Source of the DNA: Trichoplax adhaerens
Taxonomy: Eukaryota > Animalia > Placozoa
NCBI RefSeq assembly: GCF_000150275.1
Contig: NW_002060949.1
Location: 4,160,449 to 4,224,448 of the forward strand
Direction: 5' to 3'
DNA length: 64,000 bases
The position numbers and the translations under genes are program-made. The notes under the pieces are model-generated. The model searched no databases. It worked only from the letters and a program-made list of their open reading frames with translations, and was not told the DNA's origin. Below, in pieces: positions 27,496 to 39,378 of the stretch. How positions within the stretch are numbered: position 1 is the first letter of the stretch; every line of letters starts with the position of its first letter.

Positions 27496-28080
27496 ATTTA
27501 TTAAGCGATGCATATCCATTGTCCAATTGTAGAGTGTATATAAGTTGGGCTAGTACTGTGTATTCTCCATGTTGCAGTAAAGATGTATTGTAGTAGTCCC
27601 TTTCGTATCTCAATTTACCATTGCAATATCCCTAAATGGACATACTGTAATTTCTCACATATCGAATTTCATTCCATTTAGCCGAACCTTTCTCAGATCG
27701 AACACATCATCAATTTAATATAAGAGATATTATGCAAGCATACGCTCGCGGACTGTGACGACACTTGCTGCATCGATTGCAATAGTAGAGTACAGTATCG
27801 TGAAATTGGACAAGAAATTATACAGTACACTCATGTATAGTTGCTTTCATTCTACGAGGAATGATTTTCTATATTGCACTGCAATCAAGCACAGCAGTCC
27901 ATTCTTGTAGAGGAAAAGTACCGGTCTTCTCCTCATTCTCAATATCTCAATAAATTCAATCTTCTTTTTAATATCTTAAATGGCGAAAGCATCGTTGACA
28001 GCTGTTTGTGCAAGCGATAGTCGGTCGATCAGTGCAATCAGTATGTTACTAGGAAAGAAGTACAGACGTCTAGGATGGAC

Positions 28081-28310
28081 AGTACCTCGCAGTACAGTAA
28101 CGCTGACAGTACTGCACTGTACAGTGTAGACATGTGATGCGTTTTTTCTTATGCTGTACAGTACTGTACATACAGTACATCAGCGTTGTTGATAATATAA
28201 TGTTTAATATGGATCACTACACTGTACTGTACAGTGTACAGTACATATGGATCACGATGGAGTCACAGTACTGTACGTACGGTACATGTACTGTACACGA
28301 GCGATAGTAC
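28081..28310. promoter_or_regulatory. CAGTA/TACTG-TGTACA array upstream of MRPL13
   Basis: Dense tgtacagtactgtaca-type palindromes immediately 5' of the first exon. Confidence 0.55.
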
Positions 28311-28361
28311 CGCACTAGACGCGCTGGTAGCTTTGCTCTCCCGTTCATCGCACGATGCAAT

Positions 28362-29899
28362 ATGTCTTCCTTTCATCGAGCTAGTCAGGTAAGCTAGGAA
28401 ATCATGCTACATTAATACTTCATGAAAGAGAGATAGAAAGCACTACAGCGTTGAGATAGTTGGATAGAAAAGCATACATGATGAGACTAATAGAATCTCC
28501 TATACTTCTCTTTCGACACGGATGCAACTCTGCAGAGTTTGCGTACTCATGCACGTATGTGGTATTTAATCGATGCCAAAGATCAAAAAGTTGGGAGATT
28601 AGCTACATTTGTTGTTAAATTATTGCAAGGAAAGACCAAACCTATCTATCATCCTGCCGGTAATAGTTTAGTTAAATGATATAGAATAAATTGTTGCAGA
28701 TTGTGAGTGGTTTAATTGACTTTTTTCTCCCTTCGTATTGATTCAAAAGCTGATGTAGGAGATTTCGTTGTCATTGTCAACACTCAAGATGTTGTATTCA
28801 CTGGCAAAAAGTGGAATGACAAGTTATATCGACATCATACGGGGTACTTCAGATGATTTTATAGCTATGGCTATACATCTAGCTTATCTTTTAATTGCTT
28901 ACCTTTATTTCGCTGGAATAGTTCAGTTTTTTGATTAAAATATTGTCGTTTATTACAATCAAGATATCCTGGTGGCTTGAAAGAAATTAAAGCCAAAGAT
29001 CTCCACGCAAAAGATCCCCGAGAGGTGGGTTACTATTTCCTCTTGAACTGGTTGTATCATTTTACTATCTTAGTAAAGTAATTGCAAACATCCATAATAC
29101 TAGTTTTTGACATAGAAGTATGACAATCATGCCTCTCTTTCCCTTCTATCTCATAAGGCTATCAATATCAAACACATGTAAAATGTGTATCAATTTTAAT
29201 AAAAGCTGATCGTATTCGAAGTTCATGTACATAAATTACTCACATTTAATCCTTTGTAATGCATGTAACATTCCTGCTTACCAATACTTATCCCACCGCA
29301 GGTTTTAAGAAAGGCTATCTATGGCATGCTGGCAAAGAACAATTTACGGTACACCTTTATGCGCCGTCTATATTTATACAAGGACAAGGTTAGGTGCATC
29401 ACCAGTCGTACATCGTAATTATGCTGTAGAATGGTCGTGTACTGTATACTGTATCATATTGAAGCTTTAGCAAATTAGCCGTATCGAGAATCTCCATCAA
29501 CACCTAGAATACCGTATTTTTAATGATAGCAATAGCTTTGATGACAGGAAGATCCTTTAATAACTTGTAATCATTTTATGCTTTATCGTATACTTTTATT
29601 AACCCAAAAAACTATTGCAATATTAATCTCCGTCAACACCTTCTAGAATACCGTATTTTTAATGATAGCAATAGCTTTGATGACAGGAAGATCCTTTAAT
29701 GACTTGTAATCATTTTATGCTTTATCGTATACTTTTATTAACACAAAAAACTATTGCAATATTTTGATTAAATTCACAGAAACATCCATATAAAAACAAC
29801 ATTACACAGGAATTAACAGGACCATGCAAACCGGCTAAAAAATTACAAGACTATACACCCGCTGAAATTGAAAACTACCCTTATAAGAACTTATTTTAA
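28362..29899 (+). CDS. MRPL13: Mitochondrial ribosomal protein uL13m
   Basis: Exons 28362-28388, 28536-28659, 28750-28843, 28964-29024, 29302-29388 and 29780-29899: MSSFHRASQ..ARMWYLIDAKDQKVGRLA..LQGKTKPIYHPAADVGDFVVIVN..KWNDKLYRHHTGYPGG..AIYGMLAKN..LQDYTPAEIENYP. Confidence 0.95.
29489..29763. repeat. Recent tandem duplication (about 136 bp x2) in the last MRPL13 intron
   Basis: Two near-identical copies of ctagaataccgtatttttaatgatagcaatagctttgatgacaggaagatcctttaat...aaaaaactattgcaatatt. Confidence 0.92.
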
Positions 29900-30238
29900 T
29901 GTTTTATATCTATTAAACTAAGAATGTTATGCTACAAATAAAAATTTCTCAATGCGACTGTTGATTATTATTTCTTAATTACTATAGTTATTGGGGCTAT
30001 TCGGTATTTATTATAACCCTCATACAGATGATTATCTTAACGATCAGTTTAATGATTTATTTAGTATTCAAAAGTATTCAGACACCATCGATTAGTTATA
30101 CAGTACTTCATTCTACTATAGCTCTATTCTGTAATCTGTATAACAGATGATATACATAATAAAAAATGTGGCACCTGAGGCAATCATCTACAGGTATCGT
30201 TCTTATACAACAACTTCTTACAAGTCAGAATTTTGATA

Positions 30239-32379
30239 TCAATGAGATGGAGAATACAAATTGATAACATGACGAAAATAGCCAAGCTTAGAGTATGAAA
30301 CAGCATTGTTTTTTAAATCTATTGAGGCAATAACATCTGCTGGCTCATCCAGAACTTCGAATCTATAATATAATTTATCGCGCTTTTCATCGATATTCGC
30401 TATATTTCCAGAGAATACAGGTCTAAATGCACCTATTATTTTGAAAAAAAAGACATACATATTATTCATAACGATAAGTACGAGTATTATAAGTATTAAA
30501 ATATTGCAAATCGTTCCAGAAGGTATATAAAACTATATTGCAACTTAAGCGGTAGTTTATGTCATAGTAGGATAGCTTATCAATTTACTGTTGAAACTAT
30601 GTATTTTGTATTAAATTAAAAATCAAGCATAAATCTGATTTCTAATAAGAGTACATAACTAGTACGATAGTAATATCCTTAAAAACAGTTATCAATCGAG
30701 GAAGTGATTAAATATGAAAGACGTGATATTTCAATTGTTGCATTACCATTAGGTGCAATCTGAAATTTCTTTGTTATGTGTCCATTTTTAGGATTGACGC
30801 TAACTAGGTACCATTGCGGTGCACGCTTGAAATCCTTTCGAGGTGCAACTCCAGGAGATACAGCCAATAGCTCTCCAGTTTTCTTATAGAACTATAGTCC
30901 AAAAATAAAGTATACAAATGCTGAACTATATAGCTAATCCAAATTTATAATGACTAAGGAGTAATGTAATCTATAAACTAATAAATAATTAACTGAGTTA
31001 ATATGGACAGTTTTATAAAAATAATCGTGAGAAGCTCATATGCATAAAGTATGAAATTGTAAACTAACATGAATGGCTCCTATCGTATATCTGGATACGT
31101 TAAGGTTAACAATTTCGATCCCCGGTTGAGTTCCGTAGTGAACAACGTAGAGTTTTGCTAACAACTTATCAGCTGAATTTTCATTCCCCATGAGTAAATA
31201 ACAGATTTTATTTTTGGTATCTAAAGTTGACCATAAAAAGTTGACGTATAAATTTTCCGGTTGAGAATTTATGATTGGTTGGAAGAGCTTAGGTTTTAAA
31301 TTCATTCTTGACACTAGAAAGGAAAAGTAGCCAGGTTTTCTCGGCAATTTCACTATTTGTAAAGTAATAAATCCTCCTTCTTCATCATCCATGATAGCGT
31401 TTATCGGGGCAATATTTACAGCTTCTGCAGCGAGTGAATCATTTGCTTTAGTGTTGCCCTTTGCTCTGTCGATAGCAAACAACTTATTAGCAGTTGCATC
31501 GGCATTACTCCCTTTATGAACGATGGTGTACATCATGTCACTTTTGTAAACGTAACAGAACGCTTGAATAGCAACATAATCGATAACTTGCTTGGCCGAA
31601 TATACTCGAAATTGATTGGTTAATGGGGCACTAAGTGTTGATAATTTAATAATTTCTCCAGTAGCAGTGTCAATTTTAACATAATTCGCTTCATCAAGAT
31701 CGAAAGGGCTTGCAGAAATACCATAGATGTAATTACCCGAGCTAGCAGCAGAAAATCGATCAGATAATAAAGCAGCAAATTTTAAATAGTCACTTGCTTG
31801 CTTTGGTAACGTCATCCTTTGCGATCGCCACTCCTTCCAGCCTTGATACACTTCCTCCTCAGCTTCATGATGATCATCATTACTCTTCTTATGACTGAAT
31901 GATACATCAGAACATTGAATAAACGTTTGTTCTCCAGGTTTATGAGAGTTATATCGTATACGTAATACGCAGTGGGAACAGTTAATATTTGGGATAGTAA
32001 TTGGTACCGTGTAGTTTTGTCTATTACTTTGGGCATAAGCGTAAAAATCCATAATGACAGCTAAAACCACAAACGGTTTGCTATCGTTGCCAGCTGCATA
32101 AGAAATATCCATATAGCCTGGATATCCAATTTCATAATGGTTATAATTTTGTTGCCATTTAATAAAAAAGGTCTGGCCAGGAGTGATATGCTTCTTAATT
32201 TTACCGTCGAATTTTTGTCCACCACAAGGTTCACCGTGGCGAAAACAGGTTGGATTACCGGCAGTGGAAATATCAAATTTTCCTCGTTGCTTTGGATTGA
32301 TCATACAAATATGTGCCTCAATTTGGACTAACAAGGCTAAACTGATCAGTATAATCGCCACAGAATGTATCAATTTCAT
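30239..32379 (-). CDS. Secreted protein (549 aa): LPMO-like His-brace domain plus probable beta-propeller
   Basis: Exons 32379-31069, 30891-30747 and 30432-30239 join three ORF-track pieces in phase. A 22-aa signal peptide ends IEA|H. Motifs include HICMINPKQRG, PCGG, WQQNYNHY..PGYMDIS, ITIPNINCSHCVLR and FIQCSDV. The C-terminal half has repeated blade-like motifs (YVKIDTATGEI, LFAIDRAKGN, TLDTKNKICYL, LVSVNPKNGHI, IDEKRDKLYY). The gene model is solid; the function is inferred. Confidence 0.8.
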
Positions 32380-32995
32380 GATGTTCTACCAATACCGATG
32401 ACTATCTAACTCGTAAAAATAATTTGAGATCAAAATGTCCGAGCTAGAAATTGCATGCACGGTAATACGGATACTCCAAATTAATTCAAGTTGTATCGAA
32501 ATCCTACAGTACCTTCACACACTAAATACGCTTAGCAAATAGAGAAGAAGAAAATTTCCACTTGTACGGTTGCTACTGACGACGAGTACTGTGAAATACT
32601 GTATTACAATATTGACCAGTGCAACACTGCATAGACTACTACTGTAGATATCTGCAGTAGTATTCCATGAACGCTGGTATACTAACCTAACCTTAATTAA
32701 TTAATTAATTAATAACATCTAAAATTCCACGACGCGGTACAAAAACGGTTTGATACACAAACAATACCATCTGCCAGTCAAACAGATAGAAAACATAGCA
32801 AACTACCGTTACATATGAGATTGTATACGTAGAACTTGCATACTAAAAGGAAAATCTTTCTCAATTTAGTCTTGATATATCATTCCAGTCATCACATCTG
32901 ATGACAGAATAGTTTAATTCAATTTGGAAATGAGCTAATTTGGAGGATTAACTGTTAATTTTCTTTTCTTGTCTATCTATTGATCAGAAATTGAT

Positions 32996-34046
32996 CTACG
33001 CTGTGACCTTTAAGGCTTTTTCCGTCACGTGCCTCTCACATTCTAGAAGAGTCGTAAACTTATTGCAGTCAAAGAGCTCTCTCCACTGCCTAGAATTGAT
33101 GGCGTTGCATAGCTGTAATTAATGATCTGTTTATTGCTTAAATGAAATAATACTATTAACAATAATAAAATAGCAATTACAATTAATTGAATAAATAACT
33201 GCAGCACACTAGTTAAGCTATAGTATCATTCACTATTTTCTATAATATCTGACCTGATGTACTGTTGTCGAGTAGTAACTGAGTAATCCCGCTAGGCCCC
33301 CATAATACGGTAAATCATCGATCGATTTACTAGCAATATATTAATAAAGTACGTATGCTGTTACAATAACAGGACTAGTAATACGTACGCCAGTAAAATA
33401 CGCCGATACATTATGGTATATAGAATCTGTAGACAAGGCAAGAGAAATTATCGAAATATATTATAAATTCACTACTGGGCTAGATGAACGTATAACGGTG
33501 TATTAGTAGTGATTACAAAGCATCATAATAAAGTGCTCTAGAGTTTCTCATTTGCTCGTTTAGTTCATCTCCTGCAGTAGATTCAAACCGCTAAATTCTA
33601 CATTGTTGTAACTGGAGAAGCCTTTATAACGGGTACATAATTTGCTGTACTTTATGAGAGTGTATCTGGACTGTCATCTTTTAAAATCTATTAAGTGTAC
33701 TAAAACAAAGACTGAGATTTTCTACTACAATATGCTATTACGAAGGCTTTCCTTCTCCGAGAATTACTAAGTATTAATATATTCGAACTAACAGTCAATT
33801 GAGGCACAGTTATAATATTTCCTTCTATTTTATGCAGAGATATCAAGTGTAATAGAGACGATCAGTATTAATATCTGTCTTCATCTTCGAAGTATGTACT
33901 CTAAAAAAGCTGATCATACGCTGATTCTATAACATTACGAGTAGCAAATACACTTCTACTGACGTACTGTATCACCCATCATAAAACATATACAAACCTT
34001 TATCTAGTGAATTAGCCAAGTTGAAAACTATCAAGCATAATGCCAT
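32996..34046 (-). CDS. Candidate small secreted orphan protein (about 115 aa, 5 short exons)
   Basis: Exons 34046-33998, 33824-33793, 33590-33517, 33329-33254 and 33112-32996 are GT-AG, phase-compatible and stop-free. I recognise no homology. The last three exons are the more convincing. Confidence 0.42.
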
Positions 34047-34814
34047 TAATAGAATACAGCATATTAGCCACTCGGCTTAACTGCTTTATCTCATATCGAA
34101 AAAACAAGCTTGCAGCGGATACGAGGCATTAACGATAAACTATGTCTTCGTATATAGCGTCTGTTGATCAGAATTAACCATATTTTATTTAATTTTTAAT
34201 TGTAATGAGTGATACACTATTGCAGACAAACAAACATTGTTACCAAATAATTACTTCATAATTTCAAAGGATGGTTACGCATTTTATTAGCTATACTTTA
34301 AAACTGTGATTTTTAACAGTTATAATCTCTATATACGCAAGTACTAAAGTATTATACTCTGTATATTAATTTACCAATATAAGATACGAATACGCTTTTA
34401 AAATTAACCACAAATAATAATGTATTTACATCACTGTAATGAGACCTAAACGTACAGCAAATGTGTATCAATTTGACAAAGAACGATTAGGAAGGTATAT
34501 AAGATTTGTAGATATTATTTTTGATTTATAAATTGGATGCTATAACTAATTACATTAGTTAGCGTATTCGCGATTATATTAAAAGATATTACAATTTACA
34601 AGGATTCATAACTCACAGTGTACAGATATATATAAGAGCTGCATACTAAATTGTACATTCATTTCACAACTTTCATGTTAACATTCGTACGCATTAGCCA
34701 TATCATATAAATTACTGGCAATCTCAGTTATGCCATATGTTCAAGTCTAATAATTAATATAATGAAAGACAGTGCAATGTTAAATTGAATACAAATATAT
34801 CTAGCTGATGAAGT

Positions 34815-37807
34815 CTACTCATCTTGTATAGCCGTCATTATGATTAAATTAATAGTAGTAGGATACTGGACGATTAAATCAGCAACTTCAGTATGAGACC
34901 ACTCTAGGACACATTGATTATTAATTGATACAATAACCTGGCCAGCCTAGTATAAGACGATGCGTCAGCTTTTAAGTAAAAGTTGTACATAATCTAAAAC
35001 TTCTCATACAGGCATATTAGCCATAATCACATATTCGTATATTGCTAGAGACGCTGTAAATATGCAAACCTTAAGACCGGCAGCATAACCTGGGCCATTC
35101 GGATCGACAGTCTGTACGTAGACAGGAGCTTTACCTCGAACGACAAATCCAAACCCAACGTTATCACGAATAATCTAACGATAGAGTAAAATAGTATTGT
35201 TGTCATTTTTTAATAGAAAACCTTATCCTCTACATATCACAAGATGAGTCTATAAAACCTTTATATTTTTCTTGACATAAGGTGCATTTGGATCTCGCAA
35301 TTCTTTGAGCGTAATAGGTTTCTTTAAAACTAAAACATTGAAGAAGTTTATTGTACGCCATAATGTTTTCAATCGTAAAAATGCAAATAACTAGAAAGTA
35401 GTTCGTTACCTGATCCAGTCTTATCAACGGGTTTGGTTAAAAGATCTTCATCTGTAATTGGTCTAGTATTTTTATCTAGCAGTTTTCAACATTAAAAGTT
35501 TTTACTATAAATATAAGCATATTTACTTTTTCTTTAACTAATTAACTAAAATCTCTACTGTACCCACTATCTAAAAATATCGGATATTGAAGTGATAAAT
35601 AGTACCAATATTGAGCAATGATTGAATAAAGCAACCAATTTCATTACGTTAACAATTCTGACCGATATGTACTGTACAAGTAATGCATAATAGGTTGGTC
35701 TGTTTAAACTTACCAATAGAGGATCCATCAACGTGAAAATTTGCTTTAGTAGTATGCGAAATTGATGAAGCATCATTTTCGTCGCACAAGTCGCCTATTT
35801 TGACATTTAAAGCATCCAATCGGAACTGGTAGAATATCTTTTGATCCTTAAAATGGTGGTCGTCAGTGACTAGTATTAAAAAAAGAAGCACATTGAATAA
35901 AAAGTTAATAAAATTAAACTAAGGAGGATTACAGTACCAAAAGTAATCAAAAATTGCGAAATAGTGGCATAGAAAGCAAAGCTTCGGGTAAAGTATTACC
36001 ATGTCTGATAACTCCGTTTTCAAGAAGTTTTCTACATGACGCTTCTGCCTCTGGCCTGAAACCTGCACGTCCTTGTTGCACGAACCAAGTTACCAAATCC
36101 GAGCCCAAAAAACATTTAAAAGTTTTTTGAGATTTATGAGGGGTATAGTCACGAAACAAGCTGCCATACTCTGCATGTAAGCTAAATGTTGATAATTAAA
36201 CGTTCAAAGTTAACACCAGAACGTTAATTATACAGTGTCAATTAGTTCTAAATCGAAGCAACTGAAGAGTAGATATTCTGTATGCTTTCTACTTTAGTAT
36301 TATGTTTGTAATCATGAACTAAGTAAGATTTCCTTCATGTGATACTAAGGTTTAACCAAATTATTTCCAAGAGAAGACTAATATGGAAACTCTCAATGAC
36401 TAAGCAACGCCATTTTTTCAAAATTATCCGTTGTACGAGCGTACTTACAGGTAACGCAGTCTTTCACCTTCTAAAAGTACATCAACTTCAACATTGGTAT
36501 GAAACGTTTCATCGTCGACACGAAATCGATAATATAATCGTTCATCTTTAAATTGATGATCATCGCAAACTATAAATGGGATAAATGTTAATTTATTTGC
36601 TGTAGTCGGATGGACAGAAATTTTCAAGTAGGCAATAAATTATCAAGTTTATTTTAGCTGTATAGCGCTGTATAATAAGGCAACTTACTAAAATCATGCC
36701 TATGATAGCGAAATAAAGCAAGAACTGGATATAAAGTCAATTTTATCCTTTTGAACGATTATACTCGTATGCTAATTTTATTATATTATCTAATTGTTAC
36801 CGCGTTCAGTATAATTAGACTTCCGCGATCAGAATATCACAATCACAATATCACAATATCTCTACGGTACAGTATACAGCGATATTGATATGTTGTAATT
36901 AATTATTGATCAAGATAGTTTATTAACTTTTGCAGTCAAGCTTTGCATTTTAAAATCAATTCGCAGTATTTTCCATCAGTTGATGGAAAATAATGCCAAA
37001 TTAATTAAAGATGATATAATGAAAACACTTGACGTTGAGATTGGTGTACCTTAGGATAGTACCATACTCTACTTTTCGACAAGAGATCGTAAGTATACAG
37101 TCGATCGATCACTGTAGTCCATACTAATTACTCTACTACATACCGTTTATTACTCATTCGTTTAAATCATACGCGTATTTCTGTATCTTACAAATATTCG
37201 AAAAAAAAAGAAGAGGATCTGATCTATTACAAATCTGGCTGTATCACTTACCCTTTGATATCAATATTTTTAAAGGTAAAATAATAATACATGAATACGA
37301 ACATAATAAGAACTATTCGTATACGTGACTTGGAAACTAGCAATAATGTCAAGTACACCTAGAGTATTTATTTATTTATCTCTTTATTGGTGTAATTACA
37401 GTACAGTAAATAAAAAAGTCTCAAAAGTCATCCTAGGAAGGTATGATGATTGATTTTAATGCTATAAAATTTATAAATGAGAAGTCATGAAACAAACCGA
37501 TATCAATCTAATTTTTTTACAATAGTTTAATTCACATACCATGATGAATGATATTCTTCTCTAGTAATTTTTGCATTGAAGCGATGGCATTTTGCCTATT
37601 TAAAACTTCTTCATGTAGTACTAACCAATCGATTAGTTCTGTGCCTTCAAAGCACTTAGGATAGGAACGTAAATGATATCGTCTATTTTGAATAATAGTC
37701 TCACTGCCAGCTTTATCATGAAGTCTTAAACGTAAATTTTCACCTATCATTATCAGATCTCGATCCGATAAGCTGTCTGCAATAGTAGAACTTCTCCTTG
37801 TTTCCAT
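34815..37807 (-). CDS. DEPTOR: DEP domain-containing mTOR-interacting protein (DEP-DEP-PDZ)
   Basis: Exon 1 (37807-37540) IGENLRLRLH..IQNRRYHLRSYPKCFEGTELIDWL; VCDDHQFKDERLYYRFRVDDETF; second DEP CFLGSDLVTWFVQQG; VLKKPITLKELRDPNAPYVKK; PDZ GFGFVVRGKAPVYVQTVDPNGPGYAAGLK; stop at 34815-34817. Confidence 0.93.
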
Positions 37808-38340
37808 AGCCCTGCTATCAAGTTACGTCCAATCCACGGTTGTCTGTAACGAATAAGAATACACGATCAACGACAAGCCACAACGATTTTCTTTTTTCAA
37901 CGTATTTTGAATCACCAATGAATACTAACTACTGTGTATCGCGTTGAATGCAAATGAAATAGGCCAGATGTTCACTATCATCAATACAAAATATTGCGCA
38001 CCCTTTCCTTTTGCATGGAGCGGTCAAACTACCAGACATAAAAGAGGATTTTGCAGTGGAAAAGTGACAATACAGTAGATTAAACGACGCGTCTGATCGC
38101 TATCGAAGGACTCTCTATTGGCAAAGTTTCGAGTGCTGATACGTATGAAGTAATTTGAACTTTAATTTCGCAAGCTCTTTATTTCCACAACGTCTGGTAG
38201 ATTAATGATTGAACTGTTTGCGATTGGATAAATGATTTCAAGTAGAAAGTCAATAAATCTGCTGCAATGATTTAAAACTGCTCAAGTGTGAAGCTGCTCA
38301 ATTACCTGGATCTCGACAAAAGTCTGCAGTACTCACTCAG

Positions 38341-39330
38341 CACTACAGTACTGTACTGTACTGTACAGTACTGTACACCCTTTTACAAACCAATTGTCAC
38401 CCCCTGAAAGTACTGTATGTACTGTACTGTAGCGAGTTTGGTTTGTACTGTACAGTACAGTACAAGATACTGTACTGCAGTTCAGTCAATGTCTTGTAAA
38501 TAAATCAATAGGATTCAAACTGAAAAATTGGGGGACGGTACGGGACGCCGTACAGTACTGTACTGTACTAAGAACAATAGCTATCCCGTCTCGCCTTGCA
38601 CTGTCTCTACTGTACATTTAGTGTGCAATCGTTTAGGGAAATGACTGGGTCTAATGGACGGTTTGAGTGGGTATTCTATTTGGTGATAGGAATGGAATGG
38701 AAAACATTCAAGATATACAATAGTGACGATCATGGGACTACTTACTCATTTTCTGCCTTCCTCTCTCTTTCAAAATTTCAACTGCTATAAACTCGGTGCT
38801 ATTGAGTAATTGTATGCATAAAGGTAAATAAAGCGATCTTTCGGAATGCTAGAAATTGGGGATTTTGGACTTTGGAGTACTGTCAAGAAATGACCATTTC
38901 ACAGAACTCTACAGTACAGTATATATTTAGTGATGTACAGCTGTACAGTACTGTAGAACAAGTACCAGAAGTGCCTACTGTACATGTACACAACCTTACC
39001 ACACACAATAATATTGCACTTTAATCTGAATTAAAAAGTTTTCTGTAAGAATGGTGTGTTAAAAACAAAACTTTGCAAAGTCTAGCAAATCCAATCAAGC
39101 TTTGAATATTATTACTTATTTATTTATTGCTAACTAACTACTGAGTGTATGGCAAAATACCCTCATCATCATTTGGGCTCCAAGTACAGTACTGTACTGT
39201 ACTGTACTGTAGTGAATTGAAATTAATTAACAGTTAAAAGTACAGTACTGTACTGTACAGTGCACAGTACAATGCATTGTATTGCACAGACCTGCACAAA
39301 AGTACTGTAAATCACGTGATAGTGTACAGT
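38341..39330. promoter_or_regulatory. Divergent DEPTOR/DSCC1 promoter region with CAGTA/TACTG arrays and a TCACGTGA E-box
   Basis: Long (tactg)n/(cagta)n tracts at 38341-38570 and 38875-39330, and TCACGTGA at 39311. Confidence 0.55.
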
Positions 39331-39378
39331 AAGTGAAAGATCTCTGATCCAGTCGACTCATCATCCACTTTAACCAAG

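Noticed and set aside
26840-27990. Possible minus-strand gene head-to-head with MRPL13 (MTBP occupies this position in human)
   Set aside because: A few small exon-like pieces exist but do not join into a consistent frame, and there is no room for or similarity to MTBP.
36967-36992. Perfect 12-bp inverted repeat in DEPTOR intron 1
   Set aside because: It is too short for a miRNA precursor or MITE and is plausible by chance in AT-rich DNA.
10033-37807. Functional insulin-mTOR gene cluster (ILPs near DEPTOR)
   Set aside because: The genes are separated by unrelated loci, and DEPTOR's position is better explained by the DSCC1/MRPL13 block. Proximity alone is not evidence.
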